From sequence record KU521356.1: a stretch of DNA of 64,000 nucleotides; one strand, given 5' to 3'. The notes beneath the pieces are model-generated. The model was not told where the DNA came from, searched no databases, and saw only the letters and a program-made list of their open reading frames with translations. This document shows, piece after piece, positions 18,297-29,735 of this stretch. Position numbers and translations under genes: made by a program. Numbering within the stretch: position 1 is the stretch's first letter; each line of letters starts with the position of its first letter.

Positions 18297-19915
18297 TGAA
18301 TATTACCAATATAAAGCTCATCCAAACGATGGATGATGTATTGAAGGAACTCACGAAATATCATGATAACCTCAAGCCTCATGTAGACATTAAAATAGAG
18401 GTTTCACCGTGGGGCGCTAAGTGTACACTCTTGTCTGAGGATACGGTTCGTAAGGTAGTTGTTGAAATCAATATAGATAAACCACTAAATATGTGCGTAA
18501 CCTATTTCTTTGATGAGAAAGTGGTTACTAAGATCAACAAAGATAATTCACATCACCATACTGAATTAGCTAAACAAATAAATACGTTCTTTTCGGATAC
18601 AAGTATCCCAACACGAACATTCGATTACCATGGGTTCCTAGATTATATTGGATTCTAAAAGGAGATTACAATGGGTTCTCTAACTCTTGAAACAGGGCGA
18701 CAGATTGAGCATTATTTGCTGAATGCTATTAGTACCCATATTAATGCATCCCAGATTGACGCTACATTACGTGAAACAGTTAATGTCATCGATAACCCTG
18801 TAACAAAACGATCTATCGCATATGTGGTTGAAAGGGGCAAGGATATCCGCATTGCAGTTTATGATACTAGTAATGATCATCATGCCATGATATCTCATAT
18901 TGAGTCTGGTGATAGTGAATTTAAAGTTCTTAATATGGCACAGGCTGTTCGGATAACCAAATTCTCATTGAATCAATTTGATGAAGCAGCAACATGTGCA
19001 GTAAACTGGCTTGCCGGGAATCCATAATACGTCATTGATTAAAGTGTCACTACAGCTTAATACTCAATCTCAGTCTAAACACTGATCTGATTAGATTGAA
19101 GACTACTGAGTCAACCCACTATTACCTAATTCTAATTCGATATAGGTAAATTATAAATACTAAATCAGGTAATGTCATGGATTCATTAAAAATACAAAAC
19201 ATTCTCTTATGCAATAAAGCATTCAAGGCGATTGTCGAACATCCACTTCAGATTAAATCTGATAGGTCTACTAGTATTCAAGTATTAAATAATGAATTGA
19301 ATTATGGGTTGACTTATATCTTTCATGATGCTGATTCCACTAGAACTGTGAAATTAACAGTACGTTACGGTAATGTAGTAATCTCATTAGTGGATAGTAA
19401 TAATAGATTAGAAAAAGAATTTACCTTTGATAATGAAACTAGTTATCAATTAATGGGTAAAATAGTTTATTGTTATTTACGTAAAAATAAAGATGATTAT
19501 TATCGTGGATTAAGTGATAGTGGATATTTACAATGGCTAGGGATTACTTAATATGCTATTTAATAAAGTTATCCGATATTTTAAAAGAAGGCGGTGTAAT
19601 ACGTCTGAATTAATTGAGATTAATGAACTTATATTAAAAGCAGCTAGGCGACAGAATTATGATCTAGGCCATTTAATTAGTTATCTTGGTGATGGCAATG
19701 ATCCAAAATTTATTGATTTTATAAAGAAAGAATATTCTGAGATACACGCTTATTACAATTCCGTATTCAACCCAGCTGACTTCGGTAAAAACTATAAGAC
19801 AAAGTTACATTCTGATCTATTAGAAGCTGAAACTAAATTAAATAAGTTTAAAGAATTATGTAAAAAACATAATATCGACTATTCACACATTGTTGAAGAT
19901 GAAATACCTTTCTAG
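18296..19915 (+). other. Hypothetical CDSs: 18296-18658, 18671-19027, 19177-19551, 19553-19915
   Basis: Tandem ~120-aa ORFs with RBS or translational coupling. Confidence 0.65.
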
Positions 19916-19926
19916 GCGGAAATAAA

Positions 19927-20289
19927 ATGGAATTAATCAGTGTCAGCTCAATGGCATTATTCTTTGGTTTAATTGTAGCACACTTCATCTTTGATTTTTC
20001 ATTGCAAAATGATTTTATTGCAAAGGCTAAAGATCATACCACTGAACTAGGTTCTCTATATTGGAAATGGGTATTACCCGCGCATAGTTTTATGCATGGC
20101 GGTGCAGTTTATTTCATCACTGGTTCATTAGTTTTAGGACTTATTGAAGCAATTGCTCATTGCATTATTGATTATTTAAAATGTGATAATAAAATTACAT
20201 TTAATCAAGATCAGTGGTTACACATTGGTTTTAAACTGATGTATACTTATCTAATTGTTTACGAAGTACCTTTCGTAATGTATGGATAA
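19927..20289 (+). CDS. DUF3307-like membrane protein
   Basis: AHFIFDFSLQNDFIAKAK, HSFMHG, HCIIDYLK and DQWLH motifs within hydrophobic segments. Confidence 0.7.
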   Translation: MELISVSSMALFFGLIVAHFIFDFSLQNDFIAKAKDHTTELGSLYWKWVLPAHSFMHGGAVYFITGSLVLGLIEAIAHCIIDYLKCDNKITFNQDQWLHIGFKLMYTYLIVYEVPFVMYG

Positions 20290-20430
20290 AGTTATATATT
20301 ACCCTCTCCTTCGGGAGAGGGTTTTATGTTTAATATTTTTTTTGTTAAGTTTTATTACCCAATCTGATAGGGCTATAATGGAGTTTAGTCTTGTGGAAGT
20401 TTATAAAACCCTATTGGGAAGAGAACTACA

Positions 20431-20919
20431 ATGGTTATTACACATCAAACTGTAGACCAGATAGATACACAAGTGAGTTTAGGTTTACCTATTGGTTACT
20501 ATGGTGCTAATGATGATCTATCTACATTAATTAGGATGATTGGTGATTGGAACATCAGACCCATTGAAGAGCGTAGGACACCAGGTACAGGTTATATTGT
20601 AGCTGTCCCATCGAATACTCGTACACGAGTGATTTACACTGCTGGTCGTAAGAAATGGCTAGAAGCATTAGATTTTAGCCCCGAATTAGCTGAGAAGTAT
20701 ATTCGTGCTTGTAGTGCAATAAAACGATGCTGGGACCACGATGTCGCAACCTTTGTCCTAACACATAATAAAATTAGCGACGAATTACTTAAAGAATTGA
20801 TGAGTGTTGAGAATCCTAAAGCTGTACTCAATCACTATAAAATTCCTGTAAAGATTTCTAGAAATAGAATAATTGCAGCTTGTCAAATAATCTTCAATAT
20901 TCGTGGACTAAAAGTCTAA
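20431..20919 (+). CDS. Hypothetical protein
   Basis: 162-aa ORF between terminators. Confidence 0.65.
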   Translation: MVITHQTVDQIDTQVSLGLPIGYYGANDDLSTLIRMIGDWNIRPIEERRTPGTGYIVAVPSNTRTRVIYTAGRKKWLEALDFSPELAEKYIRACSAIKRCWDHDVATFVLTHNKISDELLKELMSVENPKAVLNHYKIPVKISRNRIIAACQIIFNIRGLKV

Positions 20920-21009
20920 TACTTTTATAGGAGAGAACCATGATGGTTCTCTCTTTTTGACGTAAGTGCATTATTGTTATGATAAGACTTTCGTACAAGG
21001 AAAACTACT

Positions 21010-21441
21010 ATGTTACTTTTTGTTGATACAGAATTTGATACGCCTACTGGTACTCTTATTTCACTCGGTATTGTTAGTGAAGATCGACGTTGTGAATTCT
21101 ACGAAGTTCTACCATATGACAATATTGAAGATGAATGGGTTAAAGAAAACGTTATTCCTATTCTTCAAAAAGAACCAATCTCTTTAGAAGAATTCCATGA
21201 TAGACTAGCCAAGTTTCTTGGTCAGTTTGCTCGATTACATTTTATAGCTAATCATGTTAACGATATGGTTTACACTGGTAAAGCTATGGATATGGGTAAA
21301 GGTAAACAAGTTGTTGAGTTACCAACTATATTTGAATTAAATCATGAGCTAAGTGGAAAAGGTTCTAAAATGCTTCACAACGCACTATTTGATGCTCGTG
21401 CAACTCTAGATGACTGGGAGCGTTTAAATGGTGTGAACTAA
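21010..21441 (+). CDS. DEDDh-family 3'-5' exonuclease/exoribonuclease (Rv2179c-like)
   Basis: N-terminal FVDTEF...LISLGIV and C-terminal HNALFDARA motifs. Confidence 0.7.
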   Translation: MLLFVDTEFDTPTGTLISLGIVSEDRRCEFYEVLPYDNIEDEWVKENVIPILQKEPISLEEFHDRLAKFLGQFARLHFIANHVNDMVYTGKAMDMGKGKQVVELPTIFELNHELSGKGSKMLHNALFDARATLDDWERLNGVN

Positions 21442-21460
21442 CCTTTTTGGGATAGCCATC

Positions 21461-22120
21461 ATGACTAACACCTTTGAGAAGATGTCAGGCGACAAATATA
21501 GAAAAAGTCGTCCAGAAATCGTACTGCGTTTGCTGATCGCAACCAGTTTTCCTCAATCCGTTTTAGCCGATTTGACTTTTGATATTACTAAGCAAGTTGG
21601 TATTACTGATAACGATGAATTAGAGAAGATTGCTAATGACATGCGTGATGTTGAACGTAAGTTTGATATGACTGATTTCATTAGATGTATTGATCTACGT
21701 CGTAATGGTAATGACGTAAATATAACTGTTAATTGTTGGGATTTTGATCCACGTGCTAAAACCATCGAGGATCGTGCGGAGAACCATGAATTCCTGGCAA
21801 ACAGTAATATTACCTTACATTCACCAGAAACAGATTTTAATGATCCACGTGAACTAGCTAGTAAATTAGTTGGATTATTTTTTCGTAGCAAGATAGGTCA
21901 AAAGCCGTCAGCTAGTAATTTTACTAAGGGATGGAAAATTCTTAGTAAACCAATTAGTAAATCTAAAAATACAGGTGATATAGAATCAATCGATCTAGTT
22001 GATGCTATTGAACTAGTAGCTCAGAGTTTAGCTAAACGTAGGTTTAACATTAAAATTACCACAAGCGCTATTTTATTACTTGATCAGAAAAGACGGTTAT
22101 TTAATATAACGCGTGGTTAA
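21461..22120 (+). CDS. Hypothetical protein
   Basis: 219-aa ORF ending at a bidirectional hairpin (22132-22152) shared with the convergent minus-strand operon. Confidence 0.7.
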   Translation: MTNTFEKMSGDKYRKSRPEIVLRLLIATSFPQSVLADLTFDITKQVGITDNDELEKIANDMRDVERKFDMTDFIRCIDLRRNGNDVNITVNCWDFDPRAKTIEDRAENHEFLANSNITLHSPETDFNDPRELASKLVGLFFRSKIGQKPSASNFTKGWKILSKPISKSKNTGDIESIDLVDAIELVAQSLAKRRFNIKITTSAILLLDQKRRLFNITRG

Positions 22121-22160
22121 AACAACATAATGCCCTCCCATTGTGGGAGGGCTTATGCCG

Positions 22161-24110
22161 TTAAACTTTTACAAGTTTATCATTTTCTATTTTCCAATTA
22201 GCATGGAAAGAAATTGGTTGACCAGTGGTCTCATCAAGAATGTCACCAGTCTTTAACCTATTTTTAATAGCTCGGTTATTTCCAAAGAATGGAACTAGTT
22301 TAGCTACTGTTACATCAGCTAATCCTGGATCTTTCATTACATACCAGCCAGGTGTTGAAGCCAGTTCATCATACTGGACAACTTTAGAAGTATCTGCAAA
22401 GATAACAATATCACCATGTCGTCCGTTCTGGACACGTTGTGCTAGTTTACCCCAAGTGGAGTTATTATCATAAACATATACATTAGCTGTATTCAATGTA
22501 TCACCAAGGAATGTACGGCGTAATGCAGTCAATACTATTGGTTTTATATTAATGTTATTCTTATATGCATTCTCTACACGATACATATACTTAGTCATGC
22601 TGAGATTAATATATTCATAAATTTTAGCTTTACTTATTCCTTTATAATCATCCCATGCCATTGTACCTATAAGGGATGCTTCATTATAAAGTGAAGTTGG
22701 TTTTGAACTAAGTACCACTTGATGTTGCATTGTGTAAGTATAAGGTACACGTACGTTAATACGTATCTGATCATTATCATGGATTAAAAGAGTTGATCCA
22801 TGAGTTATCAGATCCCACTGAGTAATGCCCTGACTAAATAAGAATGATCCAACTAAATAGCCATTTATTTGAATATCGCCTAGATAATCCTGATGGTCAG
22901 TACCATTTGAGTAACCTAGATTAAGATCAAAATAACGCTTAGCTGTTAGTATCTGAGTAGTATCAATAGCTTGGCCATTATCACGTGCAACAAAGATACC
23001 ATCATCTACACCAACTTGGAATCTAAATGAAATAGCATACGGTTTATTAGGATTTTCAGATGTCGTACAAAGAAAATTGTAAATGTACTCGCCAGTATGA
23101 TCGAAGGTAAATTCAGGAATATCTTCTTTGTTATACGCTGGGAAAGTAACAAGCTTAATCTCACTTTCACTTGAATCACCTTTGATAACAAAGTCAGTTA
23201 CTTGACCATTACCAATAGATTTATTCATACCTGTAAACAAACCAGATGATGCAGCTTTTGGTGACCAGCTTAGCATCTGATTTACAGTATATTGAACATC
23301 TGACCTATCAACAACACCAGAGAAATAAGAACCAAAATTAAAGGCTAGTCTATTAGCGGTAAATGCAAAACTACCATTATTTTCTTTAGCATCTTCAATA
23401 TTAGTGTAATCTCTTGAAGCAGAATCAGTTATAACAAAGATACCATTACCCGATTTACGCCAAGTAGCTAGATTATCAATAGTCGCCTGACTCACTCTTT
23501 CAGGAGTTAATGCACCAGTATTATGATCTTTAGTAGAGAATAGAATACATGCATAATACTTATTAAGATCTGTTAAAGTAAGGTCTACTGTGCCACCCAT
23601 CATTTCTGGGTAATAAACATCATAGGTAGAATCTTGTACACGAGCAGCCGTATCTAGTATCTTTTTAAAACCATTACCTGACGTATTGAGGACTGAATAA
23701 GGTTCACTAGGATTACTATCTGTGATTACTAAGAATTTCTTTCCAGTTGATTCGTACTTACTACCATTCCTAATAAACCCAATAGCATTATAAAAATATC
23801 TTACCCATCCCCATAGATCTTGAGGGTTTGTTGTATTAGCCGGAATTTGGTAAGTATCATAGTTTAAATTATAGAATTTTGGAAAACTACAATCATAAAG
23901 AACATTACCAGTGCCATCTTGCACAACAGCAATAAATGGACTACCACCTGTTGCAGGGTCACCATCATAAGCAATGTATTCAGAGAGCACCGGAGGTAAC
24001 TCCGGGCTCACTGTATAATACACCTTCTGAATATCTGCACTAAAGTTAAATTTAACTTTAGAGTTTAGTGCCACAGGACCCGGCACTTGCGACGGGACAA
24101 TAGAAGGCAT
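22161..24110 (-). CDS. Probable virion structural protein
   Basis: 649 aa, beta-rich composition, in the minus-strand operon with the helicase, like the phiKZ gp201-gp203 arrangement (inferred from synteny). Confidence 0.5.
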   Translation of the reverse strand: MPSIVPSQVPGPVALNSKVKFNFSADIQKVYYTVSPELPPVLSEYIAYDGDPATGGSPFIAVVQDGTGNVLYDCSFPKFYNLNYDTYQIPANTTNPQDLWGWVRYFYNAIGFIRNGSKYESTGKKFLVITDSNPSEPYSVLNTSGNGFKKILDTAARVQDSTYDVYYPEMMGGTVDLTLTDLNKYYACILFSTKDHNTGALTPERVSQATIDNLATWRKSGNGIFVITDSASRDYTNIEDAKENNGSFAFTANRLAFNFGSYFSGVVDRSDVQYTVNQMLSWSPKAASSGLFTGMNKSIGNGQVTDFVIKGDSSESEIKLVTFPAYNKEDIPEFTFDHTGEYIYNFLCTTSENPNKPYAISFRFQVGVDDGIFVARDNGQAIDTTQILTAKRYFDLNLGYSNGTDHQDYLGDIQINGYLVGSFLFSQGITQWDLITHGSTLLIHDNDQIRINVRVPYTYTMQHQVVLSSKPTSLYNEASLIGTMAWDDYKGISKAKIYEYINLSMTKYMYRVENAYKNNINIKPIVLTALRRTFLGDTLNTANVYVYDNNSTWGKLAQRVQNGRHGDIVIFADTSKVVQYDELASTPGWYVMKDPGLADVTVAKLVPFFGNNRAIKNRLKTGDILDETTGQPISFHANWKIENDKLVKV

Positions 24111-24120
24111 TTCTCACTCC

Positions 24121-24591
24121 TTATGGGGTATACACGGGAATATCAGCCGTCTTAATAGGTGAGTCAACTCGAATATAATAAGTGATTGGTACAGACAGGC
24201 TATACCCACGGATATTTAAAATCCCTGTAGATGAATCGAGATCCCAACCAATACTAGCAGAAGCGCTAATAAGCTTACCACTAGTAGGACTAGTAGTTTC
24301 AGGGTCGATAATCTTGAGATCAACGATGGATGTAGCCAGAGTATAATCACCCATAGAAGTAATAACTTTGGAAAGATCATAAGTAACTACATCTCCTGGG
24401 TTTAATGTACCAGTTTGAAATAGAATTGGTTTTAAACCAGTACTAGGACCTGGACCAGGGCCACCACCAGATTCTAGGATGGTTGTTACTTTGTCAACCC
24501 ACCTTAAAATCGCATTATACATTTCTTCACTGGTGGCTTCAGGCCCAAGAATAAGATCTTCACCAGTATTAGATGAATGTGGATCAGACAT
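24121..24591 (-). CDS. Probable virion structural protein with GGGPGPGPSTG linker
   Basis: 156 aa, RBS ggag; same operon. Confidence 0.5.
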   Translation of the reverse strand: MSDPHSSNTGEDLILGPEATSEEMYNAILRWVDKVTTILESGGGPGPGPSTGLKPILFQTGTLNPGDVVTYDLSKVITSMGDYTLATSIVDLKIIDPETTSPTSGKLISASASIGWDLDSSTGILNIRGYSLSVPITYYIRVDSPIKTADIPVYTP

Positions 24592-24602
24592 TTCTGTCTC
24601 CT

Positions 24603-26714
24603 TTAAAACCGCATATATGCGGGCTGATATGGTTTATACATACGTGTATCAAAGTCATTAAAATCAATTGCGATATCATACTTCTCAAATGATTCTTTTA
24701 GCATCTGATAAATGATTTTATTTTCATCAAAATTATTATTTTTATCAACATAACTTTCTAATGACTCTGTGATCTCAAATGGAGATTTAATACCCATAAT
24801 AGCTTCAACCATTGCCTGACTCCATTTTAGAATGTCATCTGACCTTGTTGAGATATTCGGTTCATCTTCTGTATCGAGAGTACATTGATATACGACTGTT
24901 TGTGAATCCTGACCTTTACGGTAAATTCGAGCAATAGCTTGTTCTAGAATGTAATGCCTAAACGGTGAATTAATTGTCACCATAGTATCAGCCATCGTCA
25001 TACGGACCGCTGTTGAAAGGGAAGCATATGTAGCTACCAATGGATTTAATTTAGGGTCTTTCTCAAATCTACTGATTATTTGAGGTAAATTGTCATTGGT
25101 TTTACCATACACCACCGCCGGATGCATACCTAATTTATTGGTGTACTTATCAACAGTATCAACAACCTCAACAAACGATGTAAATGCAATCGTTTTCTTC
25201 ATAGTTGATTCAGTGATACCAACCCAGTCAATATACGGTACCATGTCCACATGGCACTGAATGCGTTTAGCACCTAAAACCCTTCCCAAACATTCACCTT
25301 GTATCTTTAGCATAACGTATTTTATAACTGATTTAATATCTCTAAAAGCAGCTATTTCATTACGAGGTAAAGTTGGCTCTATAAACATTTTTTCATATTG
25401 GTTAGATTCTTTAATTTCTTCACCAATGTATCGCGGGTCTTGATTCTTCTGAATTATTTTAATCAAATTCTTATAGCGAGCGAAACCATCTTTCTGCGCC
25501 TGGGTCTTAAGAGAGTTCTCGTGTATCGCCATTAGTTTAGCCCAATACTTCTCATCTTCTGGTCGGCGCGCAGCATAGAACTTTACACGTTCTCTAATAA
25601 AAGCTTCACAATCACGTTTAATGGCATTAAGAGTATACTGTGATCCATTTGGTATCTTGATACGATACGCTTTTATCCTCGGTGGTAAAACCTCAGTATC
25701 TTTCTTTTCAATGACGTACGCAATTAACCCAAAGCGATGTTGGACAATATCTAATCCTTTCTGTGTCTCTTTTCCAAATGCTTTCTTAAAACGTTCTTCA
25801 ACCTCATTGGTGAAGAGATCGTCTAATACTCTTAATGCACTTACTAATTCAGAACCAAGTGCTTTAACAGGGGTACCTGACGCTAATAATCTGTTATTAG
25901 AGTTAGACATAAAACATATTTGCTGGAACTTAAGAGATTGTGCAGAATTAGGATCGTTCATATTGTGTGATTCATCCAGAATCACCGTAATGTTCTTACC
26001 TTTGAATATACCGCTTCTTAATAGATCAATTATTTTATCTTGCGCCTGGTAATGGGATATAAGTATTCTTTGACCGTTGTAGGCTTTATCATCAATGGTC
26101 GACCATACTTTTTGTCTTTCCTTATACATCTCAATAATAGATGGCTTCCATATTAGATCAATAGACTTCTTTTCACAAACAACTATAATGATATCCGACT
26201 CAACCATTTCAGCAATAGCCATCGTCATGAATGTCTTACCAGTACCAGGTTTACCTGCAACAATATCACCACGTAAACCATACTGGTCAATTCGATAATT
26301 ATAATTTTCAAAATAAGCTTTTTGAGACTCATCTGGTGTAAATGTCAATTTGTCTAACATCTTGAAATTGAGTCTACCTGGTACAGAGTTGGTATCTACA
26401 GGACGAGTATTTTTTAACCAGGTATATTGAAGCATTGCTTCACGGATGGCATTAACAGTTTTAATAGAGATGTATCTACTTCTATAATTCTTTACTGCTT
26501 CTAGCATGTAATATATTTCAGGAGCAAAGAATTTATAAAATGAAATACTACGACGACTAACCGTGTTAAATAACTGCGTAGCTAATTTAGTGGTTCGCCA
26601 ATACTTGTTAATATCTCTAATGAATGCAGCACCATCAAAACCACTGATGATAATTTCTTGATCAGTTTCAGTAATTGATAGCGAGCCCATTAGCTTCCTA
26701 AATGAGTCTATCAT
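24603..26714 (-). CDS. Superfamily 2 helicase (phiKZ gp203-like)
   Basis: Motif I GKPGTGKT, motif II DESH, motif III SGTP, motif VI QAIARIYRKGQ. Confidence 0.9.
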   Translation of the reverse strand: MIDSFRKLMGSLSITETDQEIIISGFDGAAFIRDINKYWRTTKLATQLFNTVSRRSISFYKFFAPEIYYMLEAVKNYRSRYISIKTVNAIREAMLQYTWLKNTRPVDTNSVPGRLNFKMLDKLTFTPDESQKAYFENYNYRIDQYGLRGDIVAGKPGTGKTFMTMAIAEMVESDIIIVVCEKKSIDLIWKPSIIEMYKERQKVWSTIDDKAYNGQRILISHYQAQDKIIDLLRSGIFKGKNITVILDESHNMNDPNSAQSLKFQQICFMSNSNNRLLASGTPVKALGSELVSALRVLDDLFTNEVEERFKKAFGKETQKGLDIVQHRFGLIAYVIEKKDTEVLPPRIKAYRIKIPNGSQYTLNAIKRDCEAFIRERVKFYAARRPEDEKYWAKLMAIHENSLKTQAQKDGFARYKNLIKIIQKNQDPRYIGEEIKESNQYEKMFIEPTLPRNEIAAFRDIKSVIKYVMLKIQGECLGRVLGAKRIQCHVDMVPYIDWVGITESTMKKTIAFTSFVEVVDTVDKYTNKLGMHPAVVYGKTNDNLPQIISRFEKDPKLNPLVATYASLSTAVRMTMADTMVTINSPFRHYILEQAIARIYRKGQDSQTVVYQCTLDTEDEPNISTRSDDILKWSQAMVEAIMGIKSPFEITESLESYVDKNNNFDENKIIYQMLKESFEKYDIAIDFNDFDTRMYKPYQPAYMRF

Positions 26715-26784
26715 TGCATTTTTCCTTAAGGGGTATGTAAATATAACTCTAAGTCATAAGATTAGCTAACGAATAAAAATACGC

Positions 26785-26982
26785 ACAGTGCAATGATATA
26801 GAGCAAGGCAGTTTGCGTAAAACGCACTGCACTTTAAGGGGGTGATCCAGTCGTAAATAAACCGGGGTACTAAAGTATCGTCAGGAACGACACGAACCCC
26901 AACTACGGTGCCTTGCTACTCACCGACCTCTAGATAGGGGTCGGACCTATTACATTAAAGGAGCCCACCAGGGGCTCCTTTA
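26785..26982 (+). ncRNA. Candidate structured non-coding RNA, family unknown
   Basis: ORF-free, GC-rich island with several helices (see findings), ending in a hairpin terminator at 26958-26982. Confidence 0.45.
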
Positions 26983-27010
26983 TGCCATTCATTATAAATT
27001 AATTTAAATC

Positions 27011-27018
27011 TATATTAC
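27011..27018 (+). promoter_or_regulatory. Early promoter core TATATTAC
   Basis: aatttaaatcTATATTAC upstream of the 27065 gene. Confidence 0.7.
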
Positions 27019-27064
27019 AGGATTACCATAAAGATATTTATCCTTTTATAATGAGGAAAAGATT

Positions 27065-28979
27065 ATGTCCGATATTAATAGCACCAATGTAACAGATGAA
27101 TTAGTACCTTATTTTCCATCGGCGGATGCCATTACTAGTTCTACTATTAGGGATGAAGTAATTCCTAATATTTTGTTATTCTACAAGAATGCTTTTAGTG
27201 ACTTCCAACACGTTAGTAATATCACAGGTACTAACCAGATTGCATCAGGTTATTTACCAGGTGTAGGTTATTATTTCGAGTATAGTGTTACCGGTAATGC
27301 TAATCTTATTCCACCTGAAGCAATTAAAGTATTACGTAATGTAATCACTAAAAATGGATATAAAGATGACATTACCATCACACCAAAAGGTTTTGGCCTA
27401 ATCAATTGGTTCATTGTAAGAGTATACGTAGATGAGCAAATTAAGAAGACTACTCAATAAAGAATTAGAAAAAGAGTTAGTTAAAAAACTAGATTTTCTA
27501 GAACGTGATTTTAGAGCTATAAAAGAAGTTATCAAAACTGGAAAATATCCTGATCCTGTTAATCCGAATCGCAGACAAAGTGATTATGATTTATCTTTTA
27601 ATAATTAACCTATAAGAGGATGCTATGGAAATCACATTTCCATCTGTAAAAGAAGTAATGACAACTGATCCAGCATTTATTGATTTGGTTCTGAAAAGTA
27701 AATTACTTACTATCCGTAAAGCAATGATTGATGTTATTCGAAACATTGAGAATACATCACTAGCATCTAGTAGGCTTGTTAAACAGAAAAGCTATCCATA
27801 TCAAACTACTTTCGAACTTGTATTTAACCCAAAGGTTTTTAAATGGTTTGATAAAACAGATGCTATCAATATTAAAAATATTCTTCATGCTGAAGTAGTT
27901 AACCAGGATTGGGAGAGTATTGATATTTCTTATAATGGTAGGGATATACATGGTTTTGAAAAAGTGACTATTGTATTAACTCCTATGAAAGATGAAGCTA
28001 TTAAATATGATCTTTCAAAAGCATGAATTAAGATAACATATACCCTCCCCTTTATTGGGGAGGGATTATTTACTTATATGTTTAATAGAATAAGGACTCT
28101 ACCTTGGAATAATGCTAATGCTCTTCACCAGAGAAAAGAGATATATAGATAGACGTATTACACATTATCAGGTTGAGTAGTAAATTAAAACAACCAATAA
28201 TACGTTATTCAATATTGAAATAGTTGTTATAAAACATTTATATTAATCTAATACAGGAAATAAAGAAAATGGGTGATTATGTATATTTAGAAACTCAAGC
28301 TAAAGTAAATAATGAATGGATTGGTATCGAAGATATTGAACTAACACAGAATTATGATCTTTATGCATATCTACTTGATATTCGCAATTATTGGGATGTA
28401 AAACCATTTGCTTACCATAATGGTGTTCCTGATGATCTGAAAAAGAAACCAGAATGGTGGAGTAGTTATGATGATGATCCACGCTGTGATGCATGGATTA
28501 GTGGTGAAGCTATTCTAAAAGGTATGAGTGAGCTTAAACCAGTTACTAAAACAGTATATATGAGTCTATATACTTATATGTCCTGGGATCGTATGTCAGA
28601 ACCAGATTGCTATTCACGGTATAGCCCACGTCTTGTAACAGATGAACCAAAAATTAATAAAATCTCTCAAAAACAATTACAGTATTATAAGAATTTAACT
28701 GAAAGTTTTTATTCTCTAAACCTTAAAGCTAATTATGATTGGAAGGTTATCGACGGCCGGTTACAACGAGTCGGGCCTAAATGTGGTAAGAATCACCTAC
28801 GTAATCTACGTCGAGTATCGCGTTATCTATCTTTCTGCAATGTTCCTAATGAACCTATCAAAGTAACTTATACACTCACGGCTGATCAACAGCGAAAAGA
28901 ATTTAAACCTTTTATTTATCAAGTCCGAAATGCCGTTCTTAAGTACGGTGATATCCGTCTTCTAATGAGGGTTAGATAA
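27065..28979 (+). other. Hypothetical CDSs: 27065-27460, 27432-27608 (58 aa, not in track), 27625-28026, 28269-28979
   Basis: ORFs with RBS; 27432-27608 translated manually (MSKLRRLLNKELEKEL...). Confidence 0.6.
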
Positions 28980-29632
28980 TGGCAATGACAGCTATTGTCG
29001 GTAGTCGCTATGCCCCTACATGGGCCCTAGAATTGATGATACGCGCAGGAAGAACATTTGTTGATCTAGGTATAGGTATTTCATCAGGCGATGCATATGG
29101 ATCAGATAGAGCTGGTTGGTATGGTGCAATTCAGTCTGATAAATGGGATACAGTAGAAAGTCGTATTTACATTATTCGAAATGGATTTCTTGGAAGACGA
29201 ATTGAGAATCTAGCGTGGTTTCATGATGCCTCCGTATATACTGATACCATTCCCACAGCTATGGCAATGGCCTGTGCAGCTCGGGGAAGTTTCAATGGTT
29301 TAGGTAGAACAGGTATTGAACTACATACTCGTAATGTATTTCAAATTCATGGCCATACTTTACGTGAACCTGTTTCAACTATTATTGCATACGGTGAACA
29401 AAAGACACCAACCTCTGTAATTAGTGGTGGTACTAATACAGCGTGGCAGTTGGCATTAGATGCAAATGTGCCAACTATGTATAACCTATACTGGTCCGAT
29501 GATGTAAAGAGACTAGAAGAATGGTTAAATAAAAATGAATCTGATGAGCCATATATGCCAATTGATTGGTCTGAAATCTTAGATCCTAGAGATAGCCGTC
29601 TACCTGAATTGATGGATGAATATAATAATTAA
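28979..29632 (+). CDS. DprA/Smf-like SLOG-superfamily nucleotide-binding protein
   Basis: AIVGSR, ISSGDAYGSDRA, LHTRNVFQI and SGGTNTAWQLA motifs. Confidence 0.6.
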   Translation: MAMTAIVGSRYAPTWALELMIRAGRTFVDLGIGISSGDAYGSDRAGWYGAIQSDKWDTVESRIYIIRNGFLGRRIENLAWFHDASVYTDTIPTAMAMACAARGSFNGLGRTGIELHTRNVFQIHGHTLREPVSTIIAYGEQKTPTSVISGGTNTAWQLALDANVPTMYNLYWSDDVKRLEEWLNKNESDEPYMPIDWSEILDPRDSRLPELMDEYNN

Positions 29633-29735
29633 TTTTCTCAAATGAATTAGTTATAATAGCCAAAATAAACCCTCCTCTTAGTAGGAGGGTTTATATCGTC
29701 TCAAATTAGATTATCAATTAGAAAAGGAACATCAA

